Below, in pieces: positions 1 through 8,806 of a DNA stretch of 64,000 nucleotides (its first letter is position 1; each line of letters starts with the position of its first letter). Source of the stretch: a bacterium (lineage in GTDB: Bacteria > UBA8248 > JACPRG01 > G963555815); contig OZ244653.1 of the NCBI GenBank assembly GCA_965218795.1, forward strand, positions 608,001-672,000, in the 5' to 3' direction. A program made the translations under genes and the position numbers. Under the pieces are notes generated by a model. It searched no databases. It saw nothing but the letters and a program-made list of their open reading frames with translations, and was not told where the DNA came from.

Positions 1-929
1 GGACGGAGGAGCGCGGGATCGAGGACGTCCGGGCGGTTGGTGGCGGCAATCAGAATCACGCCTTCGTTGCTTTCAAATCCGTCCATTTCGACCAGGAGTT
101 GGTTCAGGGTCTGCTCCCGCTCATCGTGCCCGCCGCCCAGACCTGCTCCGCGGTGTCTGCCGACGGCGTCGATCTCATCGATGAAAATAATGCACGGCGC
201 GTGCTTCTTGCCCTGTTCAAAGAGATCCCGCACCCGAGAGGCTCCGACACCGACGAACATTTCCACAAAATCCGATCCGCTGATGCTGAAAAAGGGGACC
301 TCGGCCTCGCCCGCAATCGCCCGTGCCAACAGTGTCTTCCCTGTGCCCGGGGCCCCCATCAGCAGAACGCCTTTGGGGATCTTTCCGCCCAGTTTCTGAA
401 ACTTCTGGGGATCCTTCAGGAATTCAATGATTTCCTGAAGCTCTTCCTTGGCCTCGTCAACGCCGGCCACATCAGCGAAAGTGACTCTGGTCTTCTTATC
501 CGACATAAGGCGGGCCCGGCTCTTCCCGAAGGAGAGGGCCTTGGTCCCTCCCGTTTGCATCTGACGCATGAAGAAGATCCATACGCCCAGAAGCAAGAGC
601 ATGGGAAGCCAGGACAGGAGTATGTTGGTGTACCAGGAGCCATGGTCAGGCGGCTCGACACGAATGCTAACCCCTTTTTCCCGCATCAGCGGAACCAGGG
701 TGTCATCCTTGGGCACATAGGTGCGGAACTGACGACCATCCATGAAGCGCCCTCGAATATTCTCTCCCTGCATCACGACTTCCAGGACGCGCTGTTCCTG
801 GACCGCACGCACGAATTCACTATATCCGATACTGCTCTCGGTGGCATGGGGTCGGAAGAGCTGGAAGATGGCGATCATGATGAGGCCGATGACCAGCCAA
901 AGGGCTAGATTTCGGTAGAATTGGTTCAA
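1..929 (-). CDS. ftsH: ATP-dependent zinc metalloprotease FtsH (N-terminal part, runs off the window)
   Basis: Minus-strand translation from TTG at 929 gives [25 protein letters not shown]; Walker A GAPGTGKT near 335-358; lies downstream of tilS. Absent from the ORF track because it has no stop in the window. Confidence 0.95.
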   Translation of the reverse strand, partial: MNQFYRNLALWLVIGLIMIAIFQLFRPHATESSIGYSEFVRAVQEQRVLEVVMQGENIRGRFMDGRQFRTYVPKDDTLVPLMREKGVSIRVEPPDHGSWYTNILLSWLPMLLLLGVWIFFMRQMQTGGTKALSFGKSRARLMSDKKTRVTFADVAGVDEAKEELQEIIEFLKDPQKFQKLGGKIPKGVLLMGAPGTGKTLLARAIAGEAEVPFFSISGSDFVEMFVGVGASRVRDLFEQGKKHAPCIIFIDEIDAVGRHRGAGLGGGHDEREQTLNQLLVEMDGFESNEGVILIAATNRPDVLDPALLR

Positions 930-1079
930 GTCGTTATTCTTCCCCGTCCGACCATCGAGGCCGGCTGCGAAATTGAGAGAGCGCTCGATCAGGCCAAGTC
1001 ATTGCTGAACTCATCGATTCTTTAGATTAGGGTCCAAAGGGTTTCTTTTCAACCTCTATTTTCGCTTGCTTTGTTCCGT

Positions 1080-2585
1080 TCAGGGGCTCGAAGGGGTCAA
1101 AGGAGAGACCTTGAGACGCAAAATTTGTCTGGTTTCGGGGCGAATTTTGAATCGATCGTCAATTCGATGTCCGATGATCCATGCAATTTCCCCGCCAGAT
1201 GTGATCAGCAATGGGACGCGGTCACGAAATCTCCGGGGAATTCGGGCGTCCACCAAGAAATCCTGAACCTTCTTCGATCCCCCAAGCCCAAGAGGATGGA
1301 AGCGGTCACCCGGTCTACGGGAGCGAACGGAGAGCGAGGTTCCCGTCCCATCGGCGTCCAGAATTGCCTCGTCGGACTGACAGGCCACGGAAAGGCTTCC
1401 GTCTCGGGGGGCGAACGAAGATTCAATTCGAATCCCCCAAGAAGGCAACTCCACAACCCCGGGTACGAAGACCTCACACGTATTCATTAGACTTTGGCTG
1501 GTTCCCGAGGGCTCCGGGTTTGCTTTCTGAATAACCAGGCGTGCACCATCCCGAATCGCAACAATCCCGCCCGGTAGGGACAGCCTTTTCTCGCCGCCCA
1601 ATTCAAAAGCGGTTTGCTCCGCCAGTCCAATCATCTTGCTGATCGTCTCGAATTCCGGGGGCGCCGCGTCAAAGTCCTTGAGGATTGCATAGAGTACACG
1701 GCGTTGTAAGGCAATCGGCAGACCCGAAAAGCGGGTGAGATCAATGGCCGGTTCCCCTTCAGCAGAGGAGGCGCGCACGCCGCTCATGGCCCGGGCCGAT
1801 TCGTCCATCAACCATTTCTCTTCCGCCCTCAGGATTTCAGCGGTCTCCCGGATGCGATTCTGGATTCCGGGATTTTCCTGTTCCAACAAGGGGAGGATGT
1901 GATTCCGGACGCGATTTCGCTGGTACTTGTCGGTGTCATTGCTCGGGTCCAGCAGGTATGGAATTCTTTCCTCCTGCAAGAATCCCAGAATCTCCGCGCG
2001 GCGGGTTTCAATCAACGGACGAATGAGTGTCACGGGTTTCGATGATTCTCGGCTATCGAGATTCATGGGCCGTTTCGGTGGAATGCCCGCCAGGCCAGGC
2101 CGTCCTGAGCCACGAATGAGGTTGAGCAGGACGGTTTCTACGAGATCATCCGAGTTGTGTCCGAGAGCCAGTCGATCGGCCTCCAGCTCCCGGGCGGCCT
2201 CAGTAAAAAATGCATACCGAAGTTTACGGGCCGCCATCTGGATGGATCCCCCCCCCTTATCCGCCCATTGCTCTTTGCTGATGGATGAGACCAGGCATTG
2301 AATATTCAGTGATTTGCAATGAGAGCGAACCCAGTCAGCGTCCCGGTCGGCTTCCTCGCCGCGAAGGCCGTGGTGTACGTGAACGGCGGTCAGAGCCTTT
2401 TGGCTCCCATAAAGCCTGTGAAGGGCGTGGAGCAGGGAGATGGAATCAGGTCCACCCGACAGAGCGACCAGGATCCGGTCGTCTGGCTGAAGCAGATCAT
2501 GTTTTCGAATGGTATTTTCGACGGATGAGAGAAAGCGACTCAAAACAGCCTCCCCGGGCCGGCACCCCGAGGTACGCTCACGCAC
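1080..2585 (-). CDS. tilS: tRNA(Ile)-lysidine synthase
   Basis: ALSGGPDS PP-loop, HVHHGLR, GHNSDDLVET, LIRPLI, RNRVR and the TilS C-terminal domain. Confidence 0.96.
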   Translation of the reverse strand: MRERTSGCRPGEAVLSRFLSSVENTIRKHDLLQPDDRILVALSGGPDSISLLHALHRLYGSQKALTAVHVHHGLRGEEADRDADWVRSHCKSLNIQCLVSSISKEQWADKGGGSIQMAARKLRYAFFTEAARELEADRLALGHNSDDLVETVLLNLIRGSGRPGLAGIPPKRPMNLDSRESSKPVTLIRPLIETRRAEILGFLQEERIPYLLDPSNDTDKYQRNRVRNHILPLLEQENPGIQNRIRETAEILRAEEKWLMDESARAMSGVRASSAEGEPAIDLTRFSGLPIALQRRVLYAILKDFDAAPPEFETISKMIGLAEQTAFELGGEKRLSLPGGIVAIRDGARLVIQKANPEPSGTSQSLMNTCEVFVPGVVELPSWGIRIESSFAPRDGSLSVACQSDEAILDADGTGTSLSVRSRRPGDRFHPLGLGGSKKVQDFLVDARIPRRFRDRVPLLITSGGEIAWIIGHRIDDRFKIRPETRQILRLKVSPLTPSSP

Positions 2586-2622
2586 AGTCCGAGCAAAGCG
2601 AGAGTCCAGGGAGGAGGAGACA

Positions 2623-2699
2623 TGGTGGCGGTGCAGGGATTTGAACCCCGGACACTGCGGATATGAGCCGCATGCTCTAACCGACTGAGCTACACCGCC
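2623..2699 (-). tRNA. tRNA-Met(CAT), probably elongator
   Basis: Cloverleaf GGCGGTG...CACCGCC-ACCA; anticodon arm TGCGG-CTCATAT-CCGCA; TTCAAAT T-loop. Confidence 0.93.
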
Positions 2700-2745
2700 T
2701 TAGACGAAAAATCCGCAGACCACCGCCAGGCATCCGCGCAACGCC

Positions 2746-2901
2746 TTAAGGAATGCGCTTCGGCCTGAAGATGGCAAGGGCAAACATGCCGGCCAGGAGA
2801 TAGAGAAACAGCTTGTAGTTGATGTCAGCCACCTTGAGGCCAGCCGCCACGCAAATGTAAGTGACAACGACCAGTATGGCGATTTCGATTTCACGTCTCA
2901 C
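2746..2901 (-). CDS. Small (51 aa) putative two-helix membrane protein
   Basis: GTG start with upstream GGAG; MRREIEIAILVVVTYICVAAGLKVADINYKLFLYLLAGMFALAIFRPKRIP; below the ORF-track length cutoff. Confidence 0.65.
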   Translation of the reverse strand: MRREIEIAILVVVTYICVAAGLKVADINYKLFLYLLAGMFALAIFRPKRIP

Positions 2902-2998
2902 GCCCGATTTTTCTCCAAATCCTTAATGATTCTATTGTTCGGGCCGGGCTAAAAGACAGACAGGGTGACTGTGAATCTCCCGGTTACACAGCATTGAC

Positions 2999-3026
2999 AT
3001 TATAGGCGTGGCCAGGGAAGAGTCAA
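2999..3026 (-). promoter_or_regulatory. Sigma70-type promoter for small ORF/tRNA-Met/tilS
   Basis: TTGACT-N16-TATAAT on the minus strand. Confidence 0.65.
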
Positions 3027-3324
3027 GAATACCGAGACAGCCGAAAATCATGATTCAGCGGGTATGAATGCCTCGCTGGTTGATATTCGGCTTGAGTTCA
3101 GGTTATGTATCGAATATCTGGCCTCTTTGCTTCGCTCACCATCCTGGGAGAGATCTTGTTGGGGAAGGCAGAGGAATTCCGACTGCCCCCAGGATGTCGA
3201 TCAAGATGGGTGCATTGACTCCCGTGCGGTTTGAATGCGCGGGTGGATTTCCCATGATGAACACATATCGAGAGGTTGGTTGATACGGCCGGCCGCTACG
3301 CTGGAAGACAAGGAGGTCGCCGCA

Positions 3325-4626
3325 ATGGCCACGGAAGTCACCATGCCCAAATTGGGCCTTACGATGGAGCAGGGCACGGTTCTCACCTGGAAGAAGAAGG
3401 CTGGGGATCTCGTCGGGGAAGGAGAGGTCCTCCTCGTGATCCAGACGGACAAGGTGGAGTTCGACGTTGAGTCTCCGGCTGCCGGTACTCTCCTGAGGCT
3501 CCTGGCGAACGAAGGCGATGTGGTGCCGACGGGCGATGTGATCGCGTACGTCGGGGAGGCGGATGAGAAGCTGGAAAATGCGCCTGCGCCGAGAGTGGGA
3601 GCTGCCGCTGCCGGCCGTGTTGCGGCATCGCCGGTCGCGCGGAATCTGGCGACAGAGTTGGGTGTCGACCTCTCGGCGGTCAAAGGGAGCGGGCCGGGGG
3701 GGCGAATCGTCAAGGAGGACGTACTGAAAGCCGCCGAGGCTCCGTCCGCCGCGCCCGTATCCGCCGACGGTCGGGTCTTCATCTCCCCGCTGGCCAAGCG
3801 GCTCGCCCGCGAGCGAGGAATCGACTACTCGCGAATCAGGGGAAGCGGGCCGAACGGCCGGATCATCAAGAACGATATCCTGCAAGCTGAACAGAAACCG
3901 GAAGCCGCGCCCACGATTGCCACATCACCGGGCGGGATATTGGAGAGCATCCCGGTCCGGGGGATGCGTCAGGTCATTGCCCAGAGAATGGTGCAGAGTT
4001 GGACGTCCATTCCGCATGTCACCGAAGTCATTGACGTGGATGCCACGAAAATCGTGGAGATGCGGGAGGCCCATCAATCCGTTTGGGAAGAGCATTATGG
4101 CGTCAAGATTTCTTACAACGATATTTTTGTGCACCAGATTGCGCGCGCCATCCGTAGATTCCCCAGGGTCAATTCCCGGTTAAACGGCAATGTCATCGAG
4201 ATCCTCGAAGAAGTCAATATCGGTGTTGCGGTTGAAGTGGATGAGGGGCTGATGGTTCCTGTGATCCGGAACGCCGACCGGAAAAACGTGGGACAGATCG
4301 CGGGTGAAATCCGGGATCTCGCCGAAAGGGCGCGGGAGGGACGGATCAATCCCGACGAACTCGCCGGCGGCACGTTTACCATCTCAAATCTCGGAGCGTA
4401 CGGAATTCAGACCTTTACGCCCATCATTGACCTTCCGAACAGTTGCATTCTGGGAATCGGAAAGATTACGAAGACCCCTGTCGTCGTCGATAACGTGGTT
4501 GCGATTCGGGATGTCGTTTATTTGAGCCTGTCCTTCGATCATCGAATTGTTGACGGCGCGCCCGCCGCGCAGTTCCTGGCGTTATTGAAAGAGACGTTGG
4601 AAGATCCGGTTGTCGTACCGTTGTAG
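3325..4626 (+). CDS. Dihydrolipoamide acyltransferase (E2 of a 2-oxoacid/acetoin dehydrogenase complex)
   Basis: AGGAGG RBS; lipoyl domain QTDKV; two subunit-binding repeats (ASPVAR..GSGPGGRI, ISPLAK..GSGPNGRI); catalytic DHRIVDG. Confidence 0.93.
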   Translation: MATEVTMPKLGLTMEQGTVLTWKKKAGDLVGEGEVLLVIQTDKVEFDVESPAAGTLLRLLANEGDVVPTGDVIAYVGEADEKLENAPAPRVGAAAAGRVAASPVARNLATELGVDLSAVKGSGPGGRIVKEDVLKAAEAPSAAPVSADGRVFISPLAKRLARERGIDYSRIRGSGPNGRIIKNDILQAEQKPEAAPTIATSPGGILESIPVRGMRQVIAQRMVQSWTSIPHVTEVIDVDATKIVEMREAHQSVWEEHYGVKISYNDIFVHQIARAIRRFPRVNSRLNGNVIEILEEVNIGVAVEVDEGLMVPVIRNADRKNVGQIAGEIRDLAERAREGRINPDELAGGTFTISNLGAYGIQTFTPIIDLPNSCILGIGKITKTPVVVDNVVAIRDVVYLSLSFDHRIVDGAPAAQFLALLKETLEDPVVVPL

Positions 4627-4852
4627 AGCCTCCTTTTTTTCAGTCCTTGCTACTGAAAGAGTCACTCGATGGCGCAAGGTCTTGTTTTGACGTTGCCTTA
4701 TTATCAAAGATGCCCATTGGATAAGGCACGCTCGAGGTCTCCGGAAGTGTGATGCCAAGGGGCAATCGAACCCGAGTGACGTGCACAGCCATTGAGCTTG
4801 TTTTCTTTCGGCCGTGCTAAACTTGCTTCCTCTCTGCATAGGAGGATCGGCC

Positions 4853-5887
4853 ATGCTCGGGGTGGTCAAGACGACGAGGGGGGAGGGAAACGTTGAAGTG
4901 CGGGAAGTCCCGGAGCCCTCACCCGGTACCGGAGAGGTCAAGATAGCGGTTCGTAACGCGGGCATCTGCGGGACGGATCTCCATATCTACCATGATCATT
5001 TCATGTCGAATCCCCCTGTGGTCATGGGACACGAATTCTGCGGCGAAATTGTTGATGTCGGGCAGGGAGTGACGGGATACGGGCCGGGAGACCGGGTCAC
5101 CTGTGAGACGGCAGCGAGAACCTGTGGGACCTGCCGGTATTGCCGCCGCGGGGATTACAATCTTTGCGACGAGCGATTGGGATTCGGGTACGGCGTGAAC
5201 GGGGCTTTCACGAGCTTTGTCATCGCCCGGCAGCAGCTCCTTCACCGTCTGCCGGATAACGTGGATTTTTTGGCGGGCGCGCTCACCGAACCGCTGGCGT
5301 GCGCCGTCCACGGGGTGATCCACATGACGGGCGTCCAGGCCGGCGATGTGGTGGTGGTGACCGGACCCGGCCCCATCGGGTTGATGGTGGCTCAGGTGGC
5401 CCGCGCGGAAGGGGGCCACGTCGTGATGCTTGGAACGGGGCGTGACCAGGCGCGGCTGAAGATAGCGGAAGGGCTGGGATTCGCGCGTGTCATGAATATC
5501 GATGAGGAGGATGCTGGAGAGTACATCAAGGAATTGACGGACGGCTTTGGAGCGGACGTGGTTTTCGAAGGCGCGGGCGCTCCGGTCGCGGCCAGGCTCC
5601 TTCTTGAGATGGTTCGCAAATCGGGGAAATTCACACAAGTCGGTTTAATGGGGAAGCCCTTCGAGATTGATTGGGAGCGGATAGCTTACAAGGAACTCAA
5701 GGTCACCGGGATGTTCTCCCAAAACTGGCGGGATTGGGAGCGGGCGCTGGCGCTTATCAGCCAGGGGAAAGTGGATGTGGCGGCTCTTGTCTCCAGTCGG
5801 GTTCCCATCACCGAGTGGGAAGCCTCCTTTCAAAAGCTCGAGGCCGCCGAGGAGGTCAAGGTTCTCATGAAACCGGTGGAGGACTGA
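4853..5887 (+). CDS. Zinc-dependent alcohol/polyol dehydrogenase (MDR family)
   Basis: GICGTDLH, GHEFCG, structural Zn motif CxxCxxC..C, GPGPIG; GGAGG RBS. Confidence 0.93.
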   Translation: MLGVVKTTRGEGNVEVREVPEPSPGTGEVKIAVRNAGICGTDLHIYHDHFMSNPPVVMGHEFCGEIVDVGQGVTGYGPGDRVTCETAARTCGTCRYCRRGDYNLCDERLGFGYGVNGAFTSFVIARQQLLHRLPDNVDFLAGALTEPLACAVHGVIHMTGVQAGDVVVVTGPGPIGLMVAQVARAEGGHVVMLGTGRDQARLKIAEGLGFARVMNIDEEDAGEYIKELTDGFGADVVFEGAGAPVAARLLLEMVRKSGKFTQVGLMGKPFEIDWERIAYKELKVTGMFSQNWRDWERALALISQGKVDVAALVSSRVPITEWEASFQKLEAAEEVKVLMKPVED

Positions 5888-6005
5888 CTTTCAGACGCTG
5901 TTCAATTCACGCCCGGATTCCGCCCTGCCTTCGATACACGAATCCATCCAGAGCCCAATGACGATGGGGCTCCGGCCATTCATCGGTTAAGGCCGAGATA
6001 CCCGC

Positions 6006-6503
6006 TCACTCATATCGGGGCATGGGTTGCTCCGGCGGGACCACGTGAATCTGCTCGATCAGTTCGGGCGGATGAACGATCGTGTTGTGCAGCGGGCAGT
6101 GGGCCAAGTCCTCGAGAAGTGTCTTTTTCTGGTCTTCGGTCAAATCCCCTTTGATGTAAACGTCAGACACAATCTTGGCGATCATGTTTTTACGGCGTTC
6201 GGGATCCCCATGGTAGTCCTTGTGAAACTTGGGGGTGAGACTCCGCTTGAAGCTCAGGTGAATTTCCACATCATCAATCTGGATCCCTTTGGCCTTCGCT
6301 ACTCCCAGCAGCGTGAGGAGGCTTCACCCGCCGTAGCCGGCCGCAAAAAACTCGAACGGGGTAGCCCCGAGATCATCCCCGCCGCGGACCTCCGGTTCGT
6401 CCAGTACGTAGGAATGTTTCCCGGTGGTCGTGAACATTTGCATCTGCATGCCCCTGCCCGTCGTTCGGACAACGACTTGAGGCTGGCCTCGTTTTTCAGG
6501 CAT
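6006..6503 (-). CDS. OsmC-family selenoprotein (Sec at codon 60)
   Basis: ATG at 6503 with AAAGG RBS; DEPEVRGGDDLGATPFEFFAAGYGG-[TGA 6326-6324]-SLLTL continues in frame into the track ORF 6006..6269, which has the resolving CPLHNT. Confidence 0.85.
6292..6322 (-). promoter_or_regulatory. Bacterial SECIS-like hairpin
   Basis: After the UGA: lower stem GCCU/AGGC, upper stem CGCUGCU-GGG-AGUAGCG starting 11 nt downstream, G in the apical loop. Confidence 0.75.
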
Positions 6504-6667
6504 GTGAGTGACCTTTCTCTCGTTTGGGTTGTCCGGATAGAAGAAAAAGGAAATCGATGCTCATCGGGAGTTGGCCGCCATGCGGAGGCCGTTCAGTCGA
6601 TACGGAGCGGGAGTCAGCAAGTCCTTCGGAGCCGACCGGTAAGCCTCCGAGGCCTCCTTGTTTTTCC

Positions 6668-7784
6668 CTAACGCTGAAAGCGCTTCTCCCCATAGAATTG
6701 AGAGATTTTTCTCCATTTTCCGCTTGGAAATTCGGCGTCCAGTGGGTCAAGGATTTTCAAAGCCGACTTTGGGTTGCGGGCCTGAAGGAGTGCCGTGCCG
6801 TAGAAGAAGAGGGTGTCCTCCCGGACCGTTCCGGTCGCCTCGGACAGGAGCTCTTGGTACAAGGGTAACGCCTTGTGCCAGCGCGCGTGGAGCGTGTAGT
6901 GCCGGGCGCGGGTCAGTTTCCCGCCTGCGGCCTGATCAACTTTGAACCAAAGCCGGCTCCGGAGAAAATAGATGTCCTGGACAAAGGCGGAAAATGCCTT
7001 TCCGAACATTCGGTGATACAAGCCTGTTGTCTTGATGATGCGCCGATGCTTTGGTCGCTGGCCTTCGATAAAGCTGAGTCCGGGACGGCTGGGTCCGATC
7101 GGGCTGATGACGAACGAGCGATACCAATCCAAAAATTGAGCCTGACGGCTTCCGTTGCTGGCTATGCCCGCCAGCTCGAATCCGGCGCGGAAAATGGGAA
7201 GATTGTCGATATGGGAAAAATCCCTTTTGAGTTCGTCACGCGTCAAGCGTCACGCCTCCGCGCTCGGCCCCGGGAAGAATTCCATTAAGCGGATCGACGA
7301 TTATCCAGCGGCCGTTCAGATTCACTTCCGCGATGGTGTGTGGAGAGTTTCCGGTTTTGTCCCGCATCATCGCTATTCGCGCGGACAGCCCCCTCTTTGC
7401 AACCAACTGAATGTGCACGACGGCTATCTGGTTGCAGTAAGCCCTGCCTTCGGCTGCCACGTCCAGTGGGGGGCGGTCGCGCCCGGGGGTATCCGACGGG
7501 ACGTTGAGGCGCCAGTGGAGATAGGTCATCACGCCCGAAACTGTCTGGAGCGGGCCCTTTCCGACAGGGGAAGCCCGATGGGCCATGACCTCATAGGTGA
7601 CATGTGCGTATGCCCGTCTCAGGGTTCCGCCCCCGGTAATGGTCAAATAGAGGGGGAAGGAGAGGATGAGGACAACAAGGAGCACCGGCACCGCGATGAG
7701 GATCCGCCGCCTCCCGCTCCGGCGGGTTTTGACACCGCCTTGCCGGTCAATCCATGAGGTGCTGAGAAGGTTGAAAGCGCTCAA
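6668..7784 (-). pseudogene. Transglutaminase-like membrane protein with C-terminal TPR, split by an apparent single-base frameshift near 7245
   Basis: Upstream ORF has a TM helix and the Cys-His-Asp triad (AYCNQ, PHTIAEV, WIIVDP); downstream ORF overlaps it by 11 nt and is TPR-like; removing one T gives VTLTRDELK. Confidence 0.6.
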
Positions 7785-7786
7785 TG

Positions 7787-8782
7787 TTACTTCTCGTAAG
7801 GGATTGGCGTCAGGAGAGCTTCGTTTTCCCTCATGTCACGCTCCAGATCTTCAAAAAGCCGGCTTGTGATCGGGCCGGGTCCTCCGTTACCAATCGGATG
7901 TCCGTCGTACTCGACGATGGGAATCACTTTAAAGGTCGTCCCCAGAAACATCATTTCGGCCGCCGTGTAAGCCTGGGTTGGGAGGATGTCGCACTGCTCG
8001 GCGCTGGCTAGGTGCCCTTGCTCGATGAGCGTTCGGGCAATATCCAAGACCCGGGTGAGGGTTGTCCCCTGGAGCGCGTTTCGGAAACAAGGCGTCTTGA
8101 ATTCGTTGTTTGGGGTAACAACGGCTACATTCTTGTTCGACCCTTCCGCCAAACAGCGGTTCTCGTCCAGTGCGACGGCGCTGTTGACACCCCTTCTGGT
8201 CGCTTCCAGTTCCATCAACGCATTCGGCATGTAATTGCAATTTTTCAACTGGGCGGAATCTTCCTTTCGTGCAGGGATGCTGCTGGTGATGACCCGCATT
8301 CCGTGCAGACTGTGAGCGGCGGCAGGGTTCTCCGGGGCGGTGATGACCACGTACAAGTGGCTGAAGTTGCATTCTCCCGGATTGACCGAAAAACCGCCCG
8401 TTCCTCTCGAGATGAAGACCCTGGCGGTTGCCTCCCGGGCCTGACCGACCGCGGCCGTCTCCAAAAGGATGTCACGAATTTCGCTCTCGGACGCCGGAAA
8501 TTCGATGCCCGCAATTCGGGCGGAACGCTCGAGCCGGTCGAGGTGCGCGTCCAGCTGATAGACCCTTCCATGGTGGATGGCCATGGTCTCGAAGACTCCA
8601 TCCCCCCGGTGGACCATGTGATCATCCATAGGAACGGTCATGAGGCGAGGATCTGTGACTATCCCCCCGAAGACGCTTGAATACATCGAGAAGTACCGTC
8701 CGGAGCGCGGATCATCCGGAGACAATCTTCCCTTGAAAAGATCGTGCGCATCCAAATGCGAGAGGTGGCTTCGGGTTTTCAT
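7787..8782 (-). CDS. Class IV PLP aminotransferase (D-amino acid transaminase/ADC lyase-like)
   Basis: DDHMVHRGDGVFET, HLDRL, LKNCNY (PLP Lys), AEGSNKN, LQGTT. Confidence 0.92.
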   Translation of the reverse strand: MKTRSHLSHLDAHDLFKGRLSPDDPRSGRYFSMYSSVFGGIVTDPRLMTVPMDDHMVHRGDGVFETMAIHHGRVYQLDAHLDRLERSARIAGIEFPASESEIRDILLETAAVGQAREATARVFISRGTGGFSVNPGECNFSHLYVVITAPENPAAAHSLHGMRVITSSIPARKEDSAQLKNCNYMPNALMELEATRRGVNSAVALDENRCLAEGSNKNVAVVTPNNEFKTPCFRNALQGTTLTRVLDIARTLIEQGHLASAEQCDILPTQAYTAAEMMFLGTTFKVIPIVEYDGHPIGNGGPGPITSRLFEDLERDMRENEALLTPIPYEK

Positions 8783-8806
8783 CCCTCGATCCCCCTTTCT
8801 CTTGAA

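Noticed and set aside
99-908. 269-aa plus-strand ORF and other long antisense ORFs (e.g. 40675..41976, 48280..49428, 37565..38686)
   Set aside because: Shadow frames opposite well-supported genes in GC-rich DNA.
3139-3197. CATCCTGGG..CCCAGGATG hairpin with GGGAA..CTGCCCCC, resembling a cobalamin riboswitch
   Set aside because: Lacks the CGGTG..AA.TCCG arm, GCAACTGT and the B12 box; the downstream gene is unrelated.
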